In this document: piece by piece, positions 18,720 to 27,573 of the stretch | Position numbering within the stretch: position 1 is the stretch's first letter | How the letters are laid out: each line of letters begins with the position of its first letter | Assembly: GCA_963801355.1 (NCBI GenBank) | Contig: CAWDEM010000004.1 | Span: forward strand, 896,001-960,000 | DNA from: Ignavibacteriota bacterium | Lineage (GTDB): Bacteria > Bacteroidota > Ignavibacteria > UBA10030 > UBA6906 | Direction of reading: 5' to 3' | DNA length: 64,000 nucleotides | Program-made: the position numbers and the translations under genes | Notes under the pieces: generated by a model | What the model was told of the DNA's origin: nothing | The model's input: only the letters and a program-made list of their open reading frames with translations | The model's database searches: none

Positions 18720-21700
18720 GGTTTTTGAGGATTCTTCTTCATAATGGCGGAGACGCGGTTGATCTCTTTGCGGGCTGCCGCCTTAAACGTTTCGTCGATG
18801 CCCGGGCGATCGATGATCTGTTTGTACATGGTCAGCGCCTGGTCGGAACGTCCCATTTTTTCGTATGATTGCCCGCACATGTACAAAGAATTCGCGGTCC
18901 AGTCAATCTTTCCCTTTTTGGTTACCAGATAGGGCACCTTCAGGAAATCAAGAATTGCCTGCTGGTAGTCGCCCTTATAGTAGTATGATTCACCGATGTA
19001 GTAGCGGATCTCTCCCTCAAGATCGCTTCCGGCCTCGTCGAGGAGCGACTGGAGGTGCAGCACGGCCTGATCGTGATACCCGAGTCGCTGGTAGAGAATC
19101 CCGATCTTGATTCTCTTGTCAAACGCATCTTCGGCGTTCGGATACAGGTCAAGATACTTGCGCGTGAGCGTGAGCGCACCATCGAACACGCCGGCAGTTT
19201 CGTACGTCTCGATCAGATTGCTCATCGCATACGGGAGCAATGCCGGATCGGGCTGCGGAGAATCGGTGACCACGCGATAGTTCTTGATGGACTCGTCCCA
19301 TTTTTCCGCGCGGTAGTAGATGTTGCCGAGGGCGAAGTGCACTCTCTGAAGAATGCCGGAGTCAAGATGCTCCTTCGTCAGGGTCTCTAACTGTGCGATC
19401 GCTTCCTGAAGACGGTTGGTGGCTTCGTACACCTTGCCGATCCAGAACCGGGCGCCCGGAGCGGAAGGGGTGTCGTCGAATTTGGATGCCACCAGCTGGA
19501 ATGATTTCAGCGCCCCGGCGTATTCCTCTTTGCGGAAGAGCGCGTTGCCCCGTTCCAGCTCGAACTGTGCTGCTTCGTTGTCCGTCTCTTTGTACGTCTT
19601 GAGGAATCCGGAGATTTCTTTGTCGGCCCGGGCGATGTCATCGGTGCGAAGGGTTGCCACAATCGCACGCGCACGGAAATTCCGGCGCTCATTGTCGTCT
19701 TTGGAAAGCTGCGCGAGCAGGGTGTATTGCCTGAGCGCGTCGGAGTACTCGCCGCTTTCGAACAGGATGTCAGCGATTTCCCGGCTTGTTGCTGTTGCCG
19801 GCGCAGCAGCGGCTGCTTGCCTGAAGTAGGAAGTGGCAAGGTCAGCCGATCCCTCATTCTTGTAGATCATGCCGAGTGCCGAATACGCTTCCGCCGCACG
19901 GTCGCCTGTTCCCTCGCCGGCAACGAGGGCGAATAACATCGACTTGGCCTGTTGCGAAGCGCCCGCCAACGCATAGGCTTTGCCAAGGGCGAGGAGGAGC
20001 GAAGGGTCACGATGCCCGGTGGTAGGTGGGAGGGCGGAGACGGGATCGAGCAGTTCCTGGTACTGCTCAATTGCGCTCTGCGGGTCGCCGCTGGCAAGGA
20101 GTGCATCGGCCAGCGCTCGTTGACTCTTGTGATGTGCATCGGTGTAAGGAAAACGGGTGGTGATCTGCTGCAAGAGCTCGACCGCCCGGTCCGCCTGTCC
20201 GCGCTTCAGTGCAAGGTCTCCCAGCGTGCCGAGCACTTCCGGCGTGTGTCTGCCGTCGGGAAATCCCGCACAATACCTGTTCCCCACGGCGACGGCTGAG
20301 TCGGTGAGCCCGGCTGCGAGGAGCATCCGGAATCTGTGATACCCCGCCTGTTCGGCCACGGGTGATGCAGGGGAGATCTGCGCGGCTTCAGTAAACGCGG
20401 CAAGGGCGGCTGCAGTGCTGTCGGCCTTCTCCAGCAGCCTCCCCAACTGCAACACCATCGCATCCCGGTACGGGTAAGCGGGGTTGGCCGTCGTGATGGC
20501 GATATACGCCGCGCGGGCCTCGCCCAGTGAACCTGTGCTGAGCATGAAGATCGCGAGCCGGGCTTCGGCTGCGCGCGGGTCGGTGGGAGTCCGGGTAATG
20601 AATGCCCGGTAGGCTTCGATGGCGGATGGTACGCGTGAGGCGTCCCGGCGCGACAGGAACTCGAGCGACCGCGCCCGCAGATAGAGTGCATCCGGGAGGT
20701 AGGGTGCGCCAGGGTTTCCCGCAATGGCATTGGCGAATTGCGTCGCCGCAGCATCATAGTTCTTGAGGTCTTTGAAGGAGATCTCGCCGAGCCGGTATGC
20801 CATGCTGCTCCGGTCCTTTTCCGACACGACGTCACCTACGAGCAATGCAAGTTTCTCCAGGCCGGCGTCTTTGTTTTTGGCCTCGAACGTCTCAACCGAT
20901 GCGATGTGCTCTTCAGCCTGCTCACGCAAGTCCGAAGAGGGGAAGAGCCTGAGGAACTCGCTGTACAGCTGCAACGCCCTGTCGAATTCGCGCAACTGCT
21001 CCTGGCAGCGGGCGGCGCCGATCAACGCATCATCGGCGAACGCGGATCGCGGATGCCGGTCGGCCAGCATGTCGTAGATCGCCGATGCCTTGCGCGTGTC
21101 ATGAAGGTCGTTCTCCGTAATGACTGCGGATTCGTACAGCACGGCGGGTGTTGCGCGGTGCTCGGGGAATGATTCCGCAAACCTGCCGTAGTATTGTATG
21201 GCGAGATTCGGCGTTCCCTGTTTTCGTGCGTTGTGTGCGAGCTGCAGCAGCGCGTGCTGCGTGTATTCGTCCGACCCCGCGGATTTGAGTAAACGGTTGC
21301 AGGCATCATTCGATTTCCGGAAATCCTGCGCCCGGGCGGCAGTAGAGGCGAGTTTCCATAGCACCTCCGGCACCTGTGCGCCGGCCGGGCTCAATTCAAG
21401 GAAACGACCATATTGTGCGACAGCGTTCTGCATTTCGCCCTGAGCAGCATAGGCGTCGCCGAGCGCTATGACCGCCTCGCGCGCAAGTACGGTGTCGACG
21501 TTTTTTGTCAGGGCCAGAGCTTTCCGGAGATAGTCGATGGCTTCGGAGGTCTTTCCCGCGGCTGCTTCGAGTCTGGCGAGGCTGACAAGGGCACCCTGCA
21601 ACGCCGCGGAGGACTTGTATTGCGTGATGATTTCCTGGTAGTGTGTCCGCGCCTGATCGGGCCGTCCCATGTTCTGCCGGATGTTCCCCAGGATCAGCAA

Positions 21701-22351
21701 TGCCTGCGCGCGGGCATCAGGGGAAGGGTCGCCATCGACGACGCGCTTGAGCTCGTTCTGTGCGAGTGCGAGGTTGCCTTCTTCGAAGTATATCTGGCCG
21801 AGCTGGGTCCGGGCGCCGACGACGGCGGTGCTGGCGGGATACTCCTGCAGGATCCCGCGCAACAACCTGCGGGCATTGTCCCTCTCACCGGCAAGGGCGA
21901 AGTACCGCGCGGCACGCAGCAATGCATCGGGTGCCCACTTGCTCTTCGGGTGGAATACCTTTACGCGTTCATACGCCAGAGCCGCCTCCTTCATGTTACC
22001 GAGCGCGGCATACGCCTCGCCGACATTCCACCATGCCTCGGGCGCGCGGGGATTGTCCTGATACGTCAACGCAAAGGTCTGGAAGGTGATCCGGGCTTCG
22101 TCGTACTGCTTGAGTTGTGATTGCACCAGCCCCAAATAGAACCGCGCTTCGATTCCTTCGGAAGTGGCCGGGTACGCAGCAATGAACTGTTTCAGTTGCT
22201 CGAGGGCGAGATCATACAGCCGGTCGTTGTACAGATTGATCGCGAGCTTGAAGTCGGCGTTTTCTTTGGTGTTCTGGGAGAGTGCAATGGGAGCAGAGGC
22301 AAGCAGCGCTGCAAGAAGGATGGCAAGCGGTACCGTGAACGTGCGTTTCAT
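18716..22351 (-). CDS. Large periplasmic tetratricopeptide-repeat protein
   Basis: Signal peptide MKRTFTVPLAILLAALLASAPIALS; many TPR units (e.g. EARFYLG...YDEA...F...YP); start could be 22357 or 22384. Confidence 0.88.
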   Translation of the reverse strand: MKRTFTVPLAILLAALLASAPIALSQNTKENADFKLAINLYNDRLYDLALEQLKQFIAAYPATSEGIEARFYLGLVQSQLKQYDEARITFQTFALTYQDNPRAPEAWWNVGEAYAALGNMKEAALAYERVKVFHPKSKWAPDALLRAARYFALAGERDNARRLLRGILQEYPASTAVVGARTQLGQIYFEEGNLALAQNELKRVVDGDPSPDARAQALLILGNIRQNMGRPDQARTHYQEIITQYKSSAALQGALVSLARLEAAAGKTSEAIDYLRKALALTKNVDTVLAREAVIALGDAYAAQGEMQNAVAQYGRFLELSPAGAQVPEVLWKLASTAARAQDFRKSNDACNRLLKSAGSDEYTQHALLQLAHNARKQGTPNLAIQYYGRFAESFPEHRATPAVLYESAVITENDLHDTRKASAIYDMLADRHPRSAFADDALIGAARCQEQLREFDRALQLYSEFLRLFPSSDLREQAEEHIASVETFEAKNKDAGLEKLALLVGDVVSEKDRSSMAYRLGEISFKDLKNYDAAATQFANAIAGNPGAPYLPDALYLRARSLEFLSRRDASRVPSAIEAYRAFITRTPTDPRAAEARLAIFMLSTGSLGEARAAYIAITTANPAYPYRDAMVLQLGRLLEKADSTAAALAAFTEAAQISPASPVAEQAGYHRFRMLLAAGLTDSAVAVGNRYCAGFPDGRHTPEVLGTLGDLALKRGQADRAVELLQQITTRFPYTDAHHKSQRALADALLASGDPQSAIEQYQELLDPVSALPPTTGHRDPSLLLALGKAYALAGASQQAKSMLFALVAGEGTGDRAAEAYSALGMIYKNEGSADLATSYFRQAAAAAPATATSREIADILFESGEYSDALRQYTLLAQLSKDDNERRNFRARAIVATLRTDDIARADKEISGFLKTYKETDNEAAQFELERGNALFRKEEYAGALKSFQLVASKFDDTPSAPGARFWIGKVYEATNRLQEAIAQLETLTKEHLDSGILQRVHFALGNIYYRAEKWDESIKNYRVVTDSPQPDPALLPYAMSNLIETYETAGVFDGALTLTRKYLDLYPNAEDAFDKRIKIGILYQRLGYHDQAVLHLQSLLDEAGSDLEGEIRYYIGESYYYKGDYQQAILDFLKVPYLVTKKGKIDWTANSLYMCGQSYEKMGRSDQALTMYKQIIDRPGIDETFKAAARKEINRVSAIMKKNPQKP

Positions 22352-22537
22352 GAGCATACGTCTGATGCGATAGTGACGTGTCATTCTCCCCCTGTGCGTT
22401 TCTCTGCCGTTAAACTACGAGTAATTTGGATGGCTTGCAAGGAAACCGCCGGACAGTTGCCTTTCTTCCCCCTTCTTTGCACCTTGTTCTTCACTAAACC
22501 GTTCCTGCCACCAGTTGTGAACTCCGGCACCACATCC

Positions 22538-23764
22538 ATGAGATTTCCCAGGCTTTCTCTGACACAGTGGATTTTTGTCGGCATGGGCATCGGACTCGTC
22601 CTGGGGTGGTTTGCCCCGGATCTCGCCGTGTCCCTCCGGCCGCTCAGCACAATCTTCCTCCGCCTGATCAGGTCAATCATCGCCCCCCTCATTTTCGCGA
22701 CTCTCGTGGTCGGCATCGCAGGCCATGGCAACATGAAGCAGGTCGGGAGAATGGGCGTGAAAGCGCTGATCTACTTTGAAGTGATCACCACGCTGGCATT
22801 GATCGTCGGCCTGGTCGCCGTCAACCTTACGCGACCGGGCGTGGGAGTCAATATCCATGCGGGGACGCAGACCGGAGAGATTGCCGGGAAACAGCAGTCC
22901 ATCTCCGAAGTGATCACGCACATTTTTCCGCAGAGCATCGTTCAGGCGGCGGCAGAAGGAGAAGTGCTGCAGATTGTCGTCTTTGCTGTCATCTTCAGCT
23001 TTGCACTCGCGTTGATACCGGTGGAGAAACGCAAGGTGATTCTCTCGTTTTGCGACAGTCTCGCAGAAACGATGTTCAAGTTCACCGGCATCGTGATGCG
23101 CTATGCCCCCGTCGGCGTCGGAGCGGCGATTGCGTTCGCCGTCGGCCACCGCGGACTCTCCGTGCTGATCAACCTCGGGCTTCTCATTCTCACTATGTAC
23201 GGGGCACTTCTGGTCTTCTCGGTGGTTGTGCTCGGGGGAGTCGCGCTCATTGCCCGGGTGCCGATTCGCGAGTTCCTCGGTGCAGTGAAAGAACCGGCAC
23301 TGATTGCATTTTCCACCACGAGCTCCGAAGCGGCCCTGCCGAAGGCCATGGAAGGGATGGAAAGGATCGGGGTTCCCAGGCGCATTGTGTCGTTCATCAT
23401 CCCGACGGGCTACAGTTTCAATCTGGATGGCAGCACGCTCTACCTCGCTCTTGCCTCAGTGTTCGTCGCCCAGGCAGCCGGAGTAGAAATGAGCGTCGGC
23501 CAGCAATTGCTGATGATGCTGACGCTGATTTTGACGAGCAAAGGTGTTGCTGGCGTTCCCCGGGCAGCGCTTGTCATCCTCGCGGGCACCGTCGCTTCAT
23601 TCGGGCTGCCGCTCGAGGGGGTCGCCATTATCCTGGGCATCGACGAGATCATGGATATGGGCCGCACCACGGTGAATGTGGTGGGGAACTGCCTCGCGAG
23701 TGTGGTGATCGCCCGGTGGGAAGGGGAATTCCGTCAGGAAGGCGGCGCGGCCACGCCCGTGTGA
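22538..23764 (+). CDS. Dicarboxylate/amino acid:cation symporter (DAACS, GltP/DctA-like)
   Basis: IFLRLIRSIIAPLIF, AFSTTSSEAALP, GYSFNLDG, SKGVAGVP, DMGRTTVNVVGN. Confidence 0.93.
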   Translation: MRFPRLSLTQWIFVGMGIGLVLGWFAPDLAVSLRPLSTIFLRLIRSIIAPLIFATLVVGIAGHGNMKQVGRMGVKALIYFEVITTLALIVGLVAVNLTRPGVGVNIHAGTQTGEIAGKQQSISEVITHIFPQSIVQAAAEGEVLQIVVFAVIFSFALALIPVEKRKVILSFCDSLAETMFKFTGIVMRYAPVGVGAAIAFAVGHRGLSVLINLGLLILTMYGALLVFSVVVLGGVALIARVPIREFLGAVKEPALIAFSTTSSEAALPKAMEGMERIGVPRRIVSFIIPTGYSFNLDGSTLYLALASVFVAQAAGVEMSVGQQLLMMLTLILTSKGVAGVPRAALVILAGTVASFGLPLEGVAIILGIDEIMDMGRTTVNVVGNCLASVVIARWEGEFRQEGGAATPV

Positions 23765-25167
23765 TGCCCCGTAGCGCGTTCGATGTATTCCCGGTTCTTC
23801 TCGTCGCATAACACCCTCCAACCCAGCCGCTCCAGGCGTTCTGCCTCTCCGCGCGGAATCATCGGTACAAACAGAACGGACGTGTTTCCCTTTCGCTGGA
23901 CAACGACGTCATGGACGTCTCTGACAAAGGGACTCCGCACAGGCTCCACGGCATCGTTCTCAAACCAGAAGATCGGTCCCACACCGGTCATAATCACCGT
24001 CCTGTCCGGAACCGTGATGGACGCAAGACTGCTTCGCCATGCATGCAACTCCTGCCGTGTCTGGAATTCCTCAAGCACGAATCCTGTGTGGACGTTGAAT
24101 CCGGGAGTTCCTTTTGCACCCCAGTGCGTGATGACATCCGGGTTGATGAAGGCGAACGATATGAGGCAAAGCGTGAAGAGCGCAATCGCGCGGGGAGTGG
24201 CCAGACGGTCCAGGAGCAGCAGGAGAAAGGGAAGAGCGGAGAGAAGATAAGATTTTTCGAACGGAAAGAGTACAAAGGGAACAATAAGGACACTCACGGC
24301 GATCAACGACGGGCGGAAGAGGGAATCACGGGTCGCCCATGCAGATCTCCATGCAGCGGGCCTCGCGAGGATCCATGCCGCGCCGATGACGGCCAGAGGC
24401 CCGATGGCATAGACGGCACGATACGCGCACGTGAGCAGTCTCTCCGTCAGACTCATTCTGTCCGCATCGAATTGTCTGGAGAGCTGGGAGAGCCAGCCGG
24501 ACATTCCGTAGGTATGGAAAACCGGAAGAAAAACGATCAGGGCCGTGACACAGGAGGCAGCAAGAAACTTCATCACCACGATCCACATGGTATTCCGGGA
24601 GGAAAGTGCAGAGGGGGACAGCGTTTTGTGCATGGAGATTTCCGCAAGCAGCAGTGAGACCAGCGGGATCAGGAGCACGCCATTTGCCGGTCGAAATCCA
24701 ATGGCGAGGCCGGCCCAGATTCCCGCGCTAAGGGGTTTCATCTTCAAGCCGGCGTGCATCGCCAGAAGAATCATGAGTATCGACCAGACGTAGTCCATCG
24801 TCGTGGCGGAGTTCACCCAGAACAACGGAGCGAACGCGAAGGCGAAAGTGAGCGGGGCCGGTCGTTTGGTGCGGCCCTGCACGAGCCTATGCCACACCAT
24901 GACCGTCATGAGGGACACGGCAAGCGTCGCAGCGTTTGAGAGCATTGATCCGCCGAGACCGACGAGGGGAGCGGAAACGATCTCATGCGCGGGATAGCCC
25001 GGAGGTCTGGACATTTCATAGACTCCCGAGGTCCAGAGTGTGTAGCTGACCTGTGCCACTCTCCAGGCATCCCCGTCGGATCCGTAGCCCGTGTACAGGA
25101 ACGGGAGCCGCGTAACGACAATTGCCAGAACGAAGAGGGCGGGAAGGAATTTCGGGGTACCGGTCAT
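23734..25167 (-). CDS. Polytopic membrane protein, possibly a GT-C-fold glycosyltransferase
   Basis: Multiple TM segments; acidic loop GSDGD and SRPPGYP after TM1; APLFW, AIGFRP; 3' end overlaps the symporter gene. Confidence 0.7.
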   Translation of the reverse strand: MTGTPKFLPALFVLAIVVTRLPFLYTGYGSDGDAWRVAQVSYTLWTSGVYEMSRPPGYPAHEIVSAPLVGLGGSMLSNAATLAVSLMTVMVWHRLVQGRTKRPAPLTFAFAFAPLFWVNSATTMDYVWSILMILLAMHAGLKMKPLSAGIWAGLAIGFRPANGVLLIPLVSLLLAEISMHKTLSPSALSSRNTMWIVVMKFLAASCVTALIVFLPVFHTYGMSGWLSQLSRQFDADRMSLTERLLTCAYRAVYAIGPLAVIGAAWILARPAAWRSAWATRDSLFRPSLIAVSVLIVPFVLFPFEKSYLLSALPFLLLLLDRLATPRAIALFTLCLISFAFINPDVITHWGAKGTPGFNVHTGFVLEEFQTRQELHAWRSSLASITVPDRTVIMTGVGPIFWFENDAVEPVRSPFVRDVHDVVVQRKGNTSVLFVPMIPRGEAERLERLGWRVLCDEKNREYIERATGHHTGVAAPPS

Positions 25168-25229
25168 CCTGTAATACTAAGCGTATTTTCCGCGTCCCGC
25201 AAGACGGCAGGCCCCTGATCCCGGTTGGA

Positions 25230-25296
25230 TTCTCGGAGTTGGCAAGTTGTCGGAGCTGATGAGTTCTCGGAGCTGGTGAATTCCAGGAGTTGGGAA
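25230..25296. repeat. Degenerate 17-nt tandem repeat (4 copies)
   Basis: TTCTCGGAGTTGGCAAG / TTGTCGGAGCTGATGAG / TTCTCGGAGCTGGTGAA / TTCCAGGAGTTGGGAA. Confidence 0.8.
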
Positions 25297-25388
25297 TTCC
25301 CTCCCCGCCATTCTCATTAGTTGGAAGCCGGCGCCGGAAAACGCTTGAATTGTGGACGATTTCGGGGCATGAATATTGCTTAGCTAAT

Positions 25389-25418
25389 TAATGGGTTAAC
25401 CCGATAACCCTCTAACCG
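25389..25418. promoter_or_regulatory. Candidate GntR operator
   Basis: Palindrome GGGTTAACCC (25393-25402) inside TAATGGGTTAACCCGATA, plus TAACC(C/G) repeated every 8 nt at 25397, 25405 and 25413, directly upstream of the GGAGG RBS. Confidence 0.5.
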
Positions 25419-25430
25419 GAGGAACCCGCT

Positions 25431-26192
25431 TTGAAAAAACAGATCCCCGATCCCACCCTCCAACGGGAAAGCATCATCCCTCTCTACTACCAGCTCATGG
25501 AGATCCTGATTGATCAGATTGAAACAGGCCTCCTGAACCCCGGTGATCCCGTTCCCTCGGAAAATCAGCTGTGCAGGAAGTACGGTGTGAGCAAGAATAC
25601 CGTCCTTCAGGCAATCCAGGCTCTCGTGAACAAGAGGCTGATCTATCGCACACGGGGGAAAGGCACTTTTGTAGCGAACCCGAAGATCACGCAAAGCATC
25701 ACCTCGATGCTGAGCTTTTCATCGGAAATGGTGGGGCTCAACGGTTCATTGAAGAACAGATCGATCGAGTCCAAGGAAGTTCCCGCACTTCCCGCCATCG
25801 CCCGTCACCTCGGGATTCCCGAGAACATGCCCGTCTTTCACATTCAGATACTCCGGGAAGCGCAGGGGAAGCCGATCGCGCTTCAAACATCGTTTCTCCC
25901 GTCCGATCTCTGTCCGGGATTGATCCATACCCCTTTCGAAGGAGGGTCGCTGCTCAAGACGCTTCAGGACCGGTACGGGCTTCGGATCGACTCGGTCAGG
26001 GAGACATTTCAGGCCGTCAAATCGGATGCGTATGAAGCCAGGCTTCTTGAAATCAGGATCGGCGATCCGCTGGTGCTCCTCGAACGACTGTCCACCGAAA
26101 AAGGAGGACGGATCATCGAGCTGGTCAGGACGCTGCTGCGGGGAGATCGATGCAAGTTTGATATCGAACTGAAGAGAGGGACGACTTCATGA
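25431..26192 (+). CDS. GntR-family regulator, HutC subfamily (wHTH + UTRA)
   Basis: PLYYQL...PGDPVPSENQLCRKYGVSKNTV...RGKGTFV; UTRA-like C-domain; TTG start with GGAGG RBS. Confidence 0.93.
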   Translation: MKKQIPDPTLQRESIIPLYYQLMEILIDQIETGLLNPGDPVPSENQLCRKYGVSKNTVLQAIQALVNKRLIYRTRGKGTFVANPKITQSITSMLSFSSEMVGLNGSLKNRSIESKEVPALPAIARHLGIPENMPVFHIQILREAQGKPIALQTSFLPSDLCPGLIHTPFEGGSLLKTLQDRYGLRIDSVRETFQAVKSDAYEARLLEIRIGDPLVLLERLSTEKGGRIIELVRTLLRGDRCKFDIELKRGTTS

Positions 26193-26740
26193 ATCAATGG
26201 GAGTCCTGGATTGATCCATTCGTCCCCCCTCCGCCGGAGATCGAACTGGCCGGTGTGCGGCGGCCGTTCCTGACCCCGAAGCGGATTGCACGCATCTCCA
26301 TCTTCATCGCCCTGAGCGCCGTGGGCGCGATGACGAAGATTCCGAGTCCGACAGGAACGGTCGCGTTGGATTCGTGCATGGGGTATTTCTCTGCGGTTGC
26401 ATTCGGCTATGGCGAGGGCGCCATGGTTGCAGCGATGGGTCATCTGCTCACAGCTCTGACAACCGGGTTTCCCCTCGGCCTCCCCATACATCTCTACATT
26501 GCGTTGCAGATGGCTTGCTGGGTGATGGCGTACAGGTTCTTTGCGACCCGGATTCACCCGACTGTCGGGATCATTGTTGCGACGGCGCTCAACGGCATTG
26601 CCTCCGCCTATCTCATCGTCCCGTTTGGAGGAATCGGACTTGCCGCCGCACTCGTGGTCCCTCTGACCATCGGGTCATTTGCCAATGTGGCGATAGCCGC
26701 CGCTGCTTATGCGGTCGTCAAGAAGAGTAATCTCATCTGA
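26189..26740 (+). CDS. cblT: ECF S component, alpha-ribazole transporter CblT-like
   Basis: IALSAVGAMTKIPSPTGTVALDS...GHLLTALTTGFPLGLPIH matches my recollection of CblT; sits next to a CblS-like gene. Confidence 0.75.
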   Translation: MNQWESWIDPFVPPPPEIELAGVRRPFLTPKRIARISIFIALSAVGAMTKIPSPTGTVALDSCMGYFSAVAFGYGEGAMVAAMGHLLTALTTGFPLGLPIHLYIALQMACWVMAYRFFATRIHPTVGIIVATALNGIASAYLIVPFGGIGLAAALVVPLTIGSFANVAIAAAAYAVVKKSNLI

Positions 26741-26748
26741 GTGATTCT

Positions 26749-27573
26749 TTGGACATGGAACTACCATATCGTGACCTCCTGGCCAGGTACCGGAGCGCGG
26801 CAGCCGCACAGGGCGGCGGGATTTTCCGGACACGGCAAGTCCGCGATCTAACCGTGATCGACCTGCTCGGGGACCTCTCGTTTGTCGTTGCGGTCGACTC
26901 CGACGGAGGAATTGGACCCAAGCCTCACGACACCGTACAGACCACGGGGTACGTCTGCGGACGTTTCGCGACCAGGGTTCCGCTCATGGAGATCGTTGCC
27001 TGTGGTGCTCTGGCGGTTGCCGCTTTCGATGTGCTTGCGGTCGAGATGGAGCCGCTGGGAAAAGAAATCATCCGCGGTGTGAGAGACGAGCTTGCCGGCA
27101 TCGGCCTTGGTCCGGATTTCCCTCTTTCCGGCAGCACGGAAGATAATGTGCCGACGACGCAGACCGGCATGGGGGTCATGGTGATCGGTATCGTCGAACA
27201 GGCCCGCTTCCGGCCGGGAACCGCGCGCACACGTGATGCCGTGTACTGTGTGGGCATTCCGAAGTCCGGTCCACGTCATACGGTTATTCTGGGAGACCCG
27301 GAAATCGCCGACGCAGTCGCCGTGCTCGGCGCTGCCGCAGTAGAGGGCGTCCACGACATTCTTCCGGTGGGCTCCCGCGGTATCAGGTACGAAGCACATC
27401 AACTGGCCGTCTCGGCGCAGAGGGGCTTCACTCCGGCCACAGAGTGCGCCATCGATGTCGGGATCTCGGCGGGCCCATCTACCTGTTTTCTGGTCTCCGG
27501 GGCGGAGGGGCTTACAGAGTCTCTGCGGGACCGCACGCACAAGCCGGTGTCCATTGTCGGCAGGATTTCATGA
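26749..27573 (+). CDS. cblS: AIR-synthase/PurM-fold kinase, alpha-ribazole kinase CblS-like
   Basis: VRDLTVI...VAVDSDGGIGPKPHD...RVPLME...EMEPLG...GSTEDN...ILPVGSRGI...SAGPSTC. Confidence 0.78.
   Translation: MDMELPYRDLLARYRSAAAAQGGGIFRTRQVRDLTVIDLLGDLSFVVAVDSDGGIGPKPHDTVQTTGYVCGRFATRVPLMEIVACGALAVAAFDVLAVEMEPLGKEIIRGVRDELAGIGLGPDFPLSGSTEDNVPTTQTGMGVMVIGIVEQARFRPGTARTRDAVYCVGIPKSGPRHTVILGDPEIADAVAVLGAAAVEGVHDILPVGSRGIRYEAHQLAVSAQRGFTPATECAIDVGISAGPSTCFLVSGAEGLTESLRDRTHKPVSIVGRIS

Noticed and set aside
22121-22537. N-terminal extension of the DAACS ORF in the ORF track
   Set aside because: It overlaps the divergent TPR gene; the family-like sequence starts at ATG 22538.
25230-25296. Repeat array as a mini-CRISPR
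   Set aside because: Units are contiguous, degenerate and only 17 nt, with no spacers and no cas genes.
25170-25430. Cobalamin riboswitch upstream of the btu/cbl operon
   Set aside because: No recognisable conserved core by eye; the other intergenic gaps in the operon are too short to hold one.
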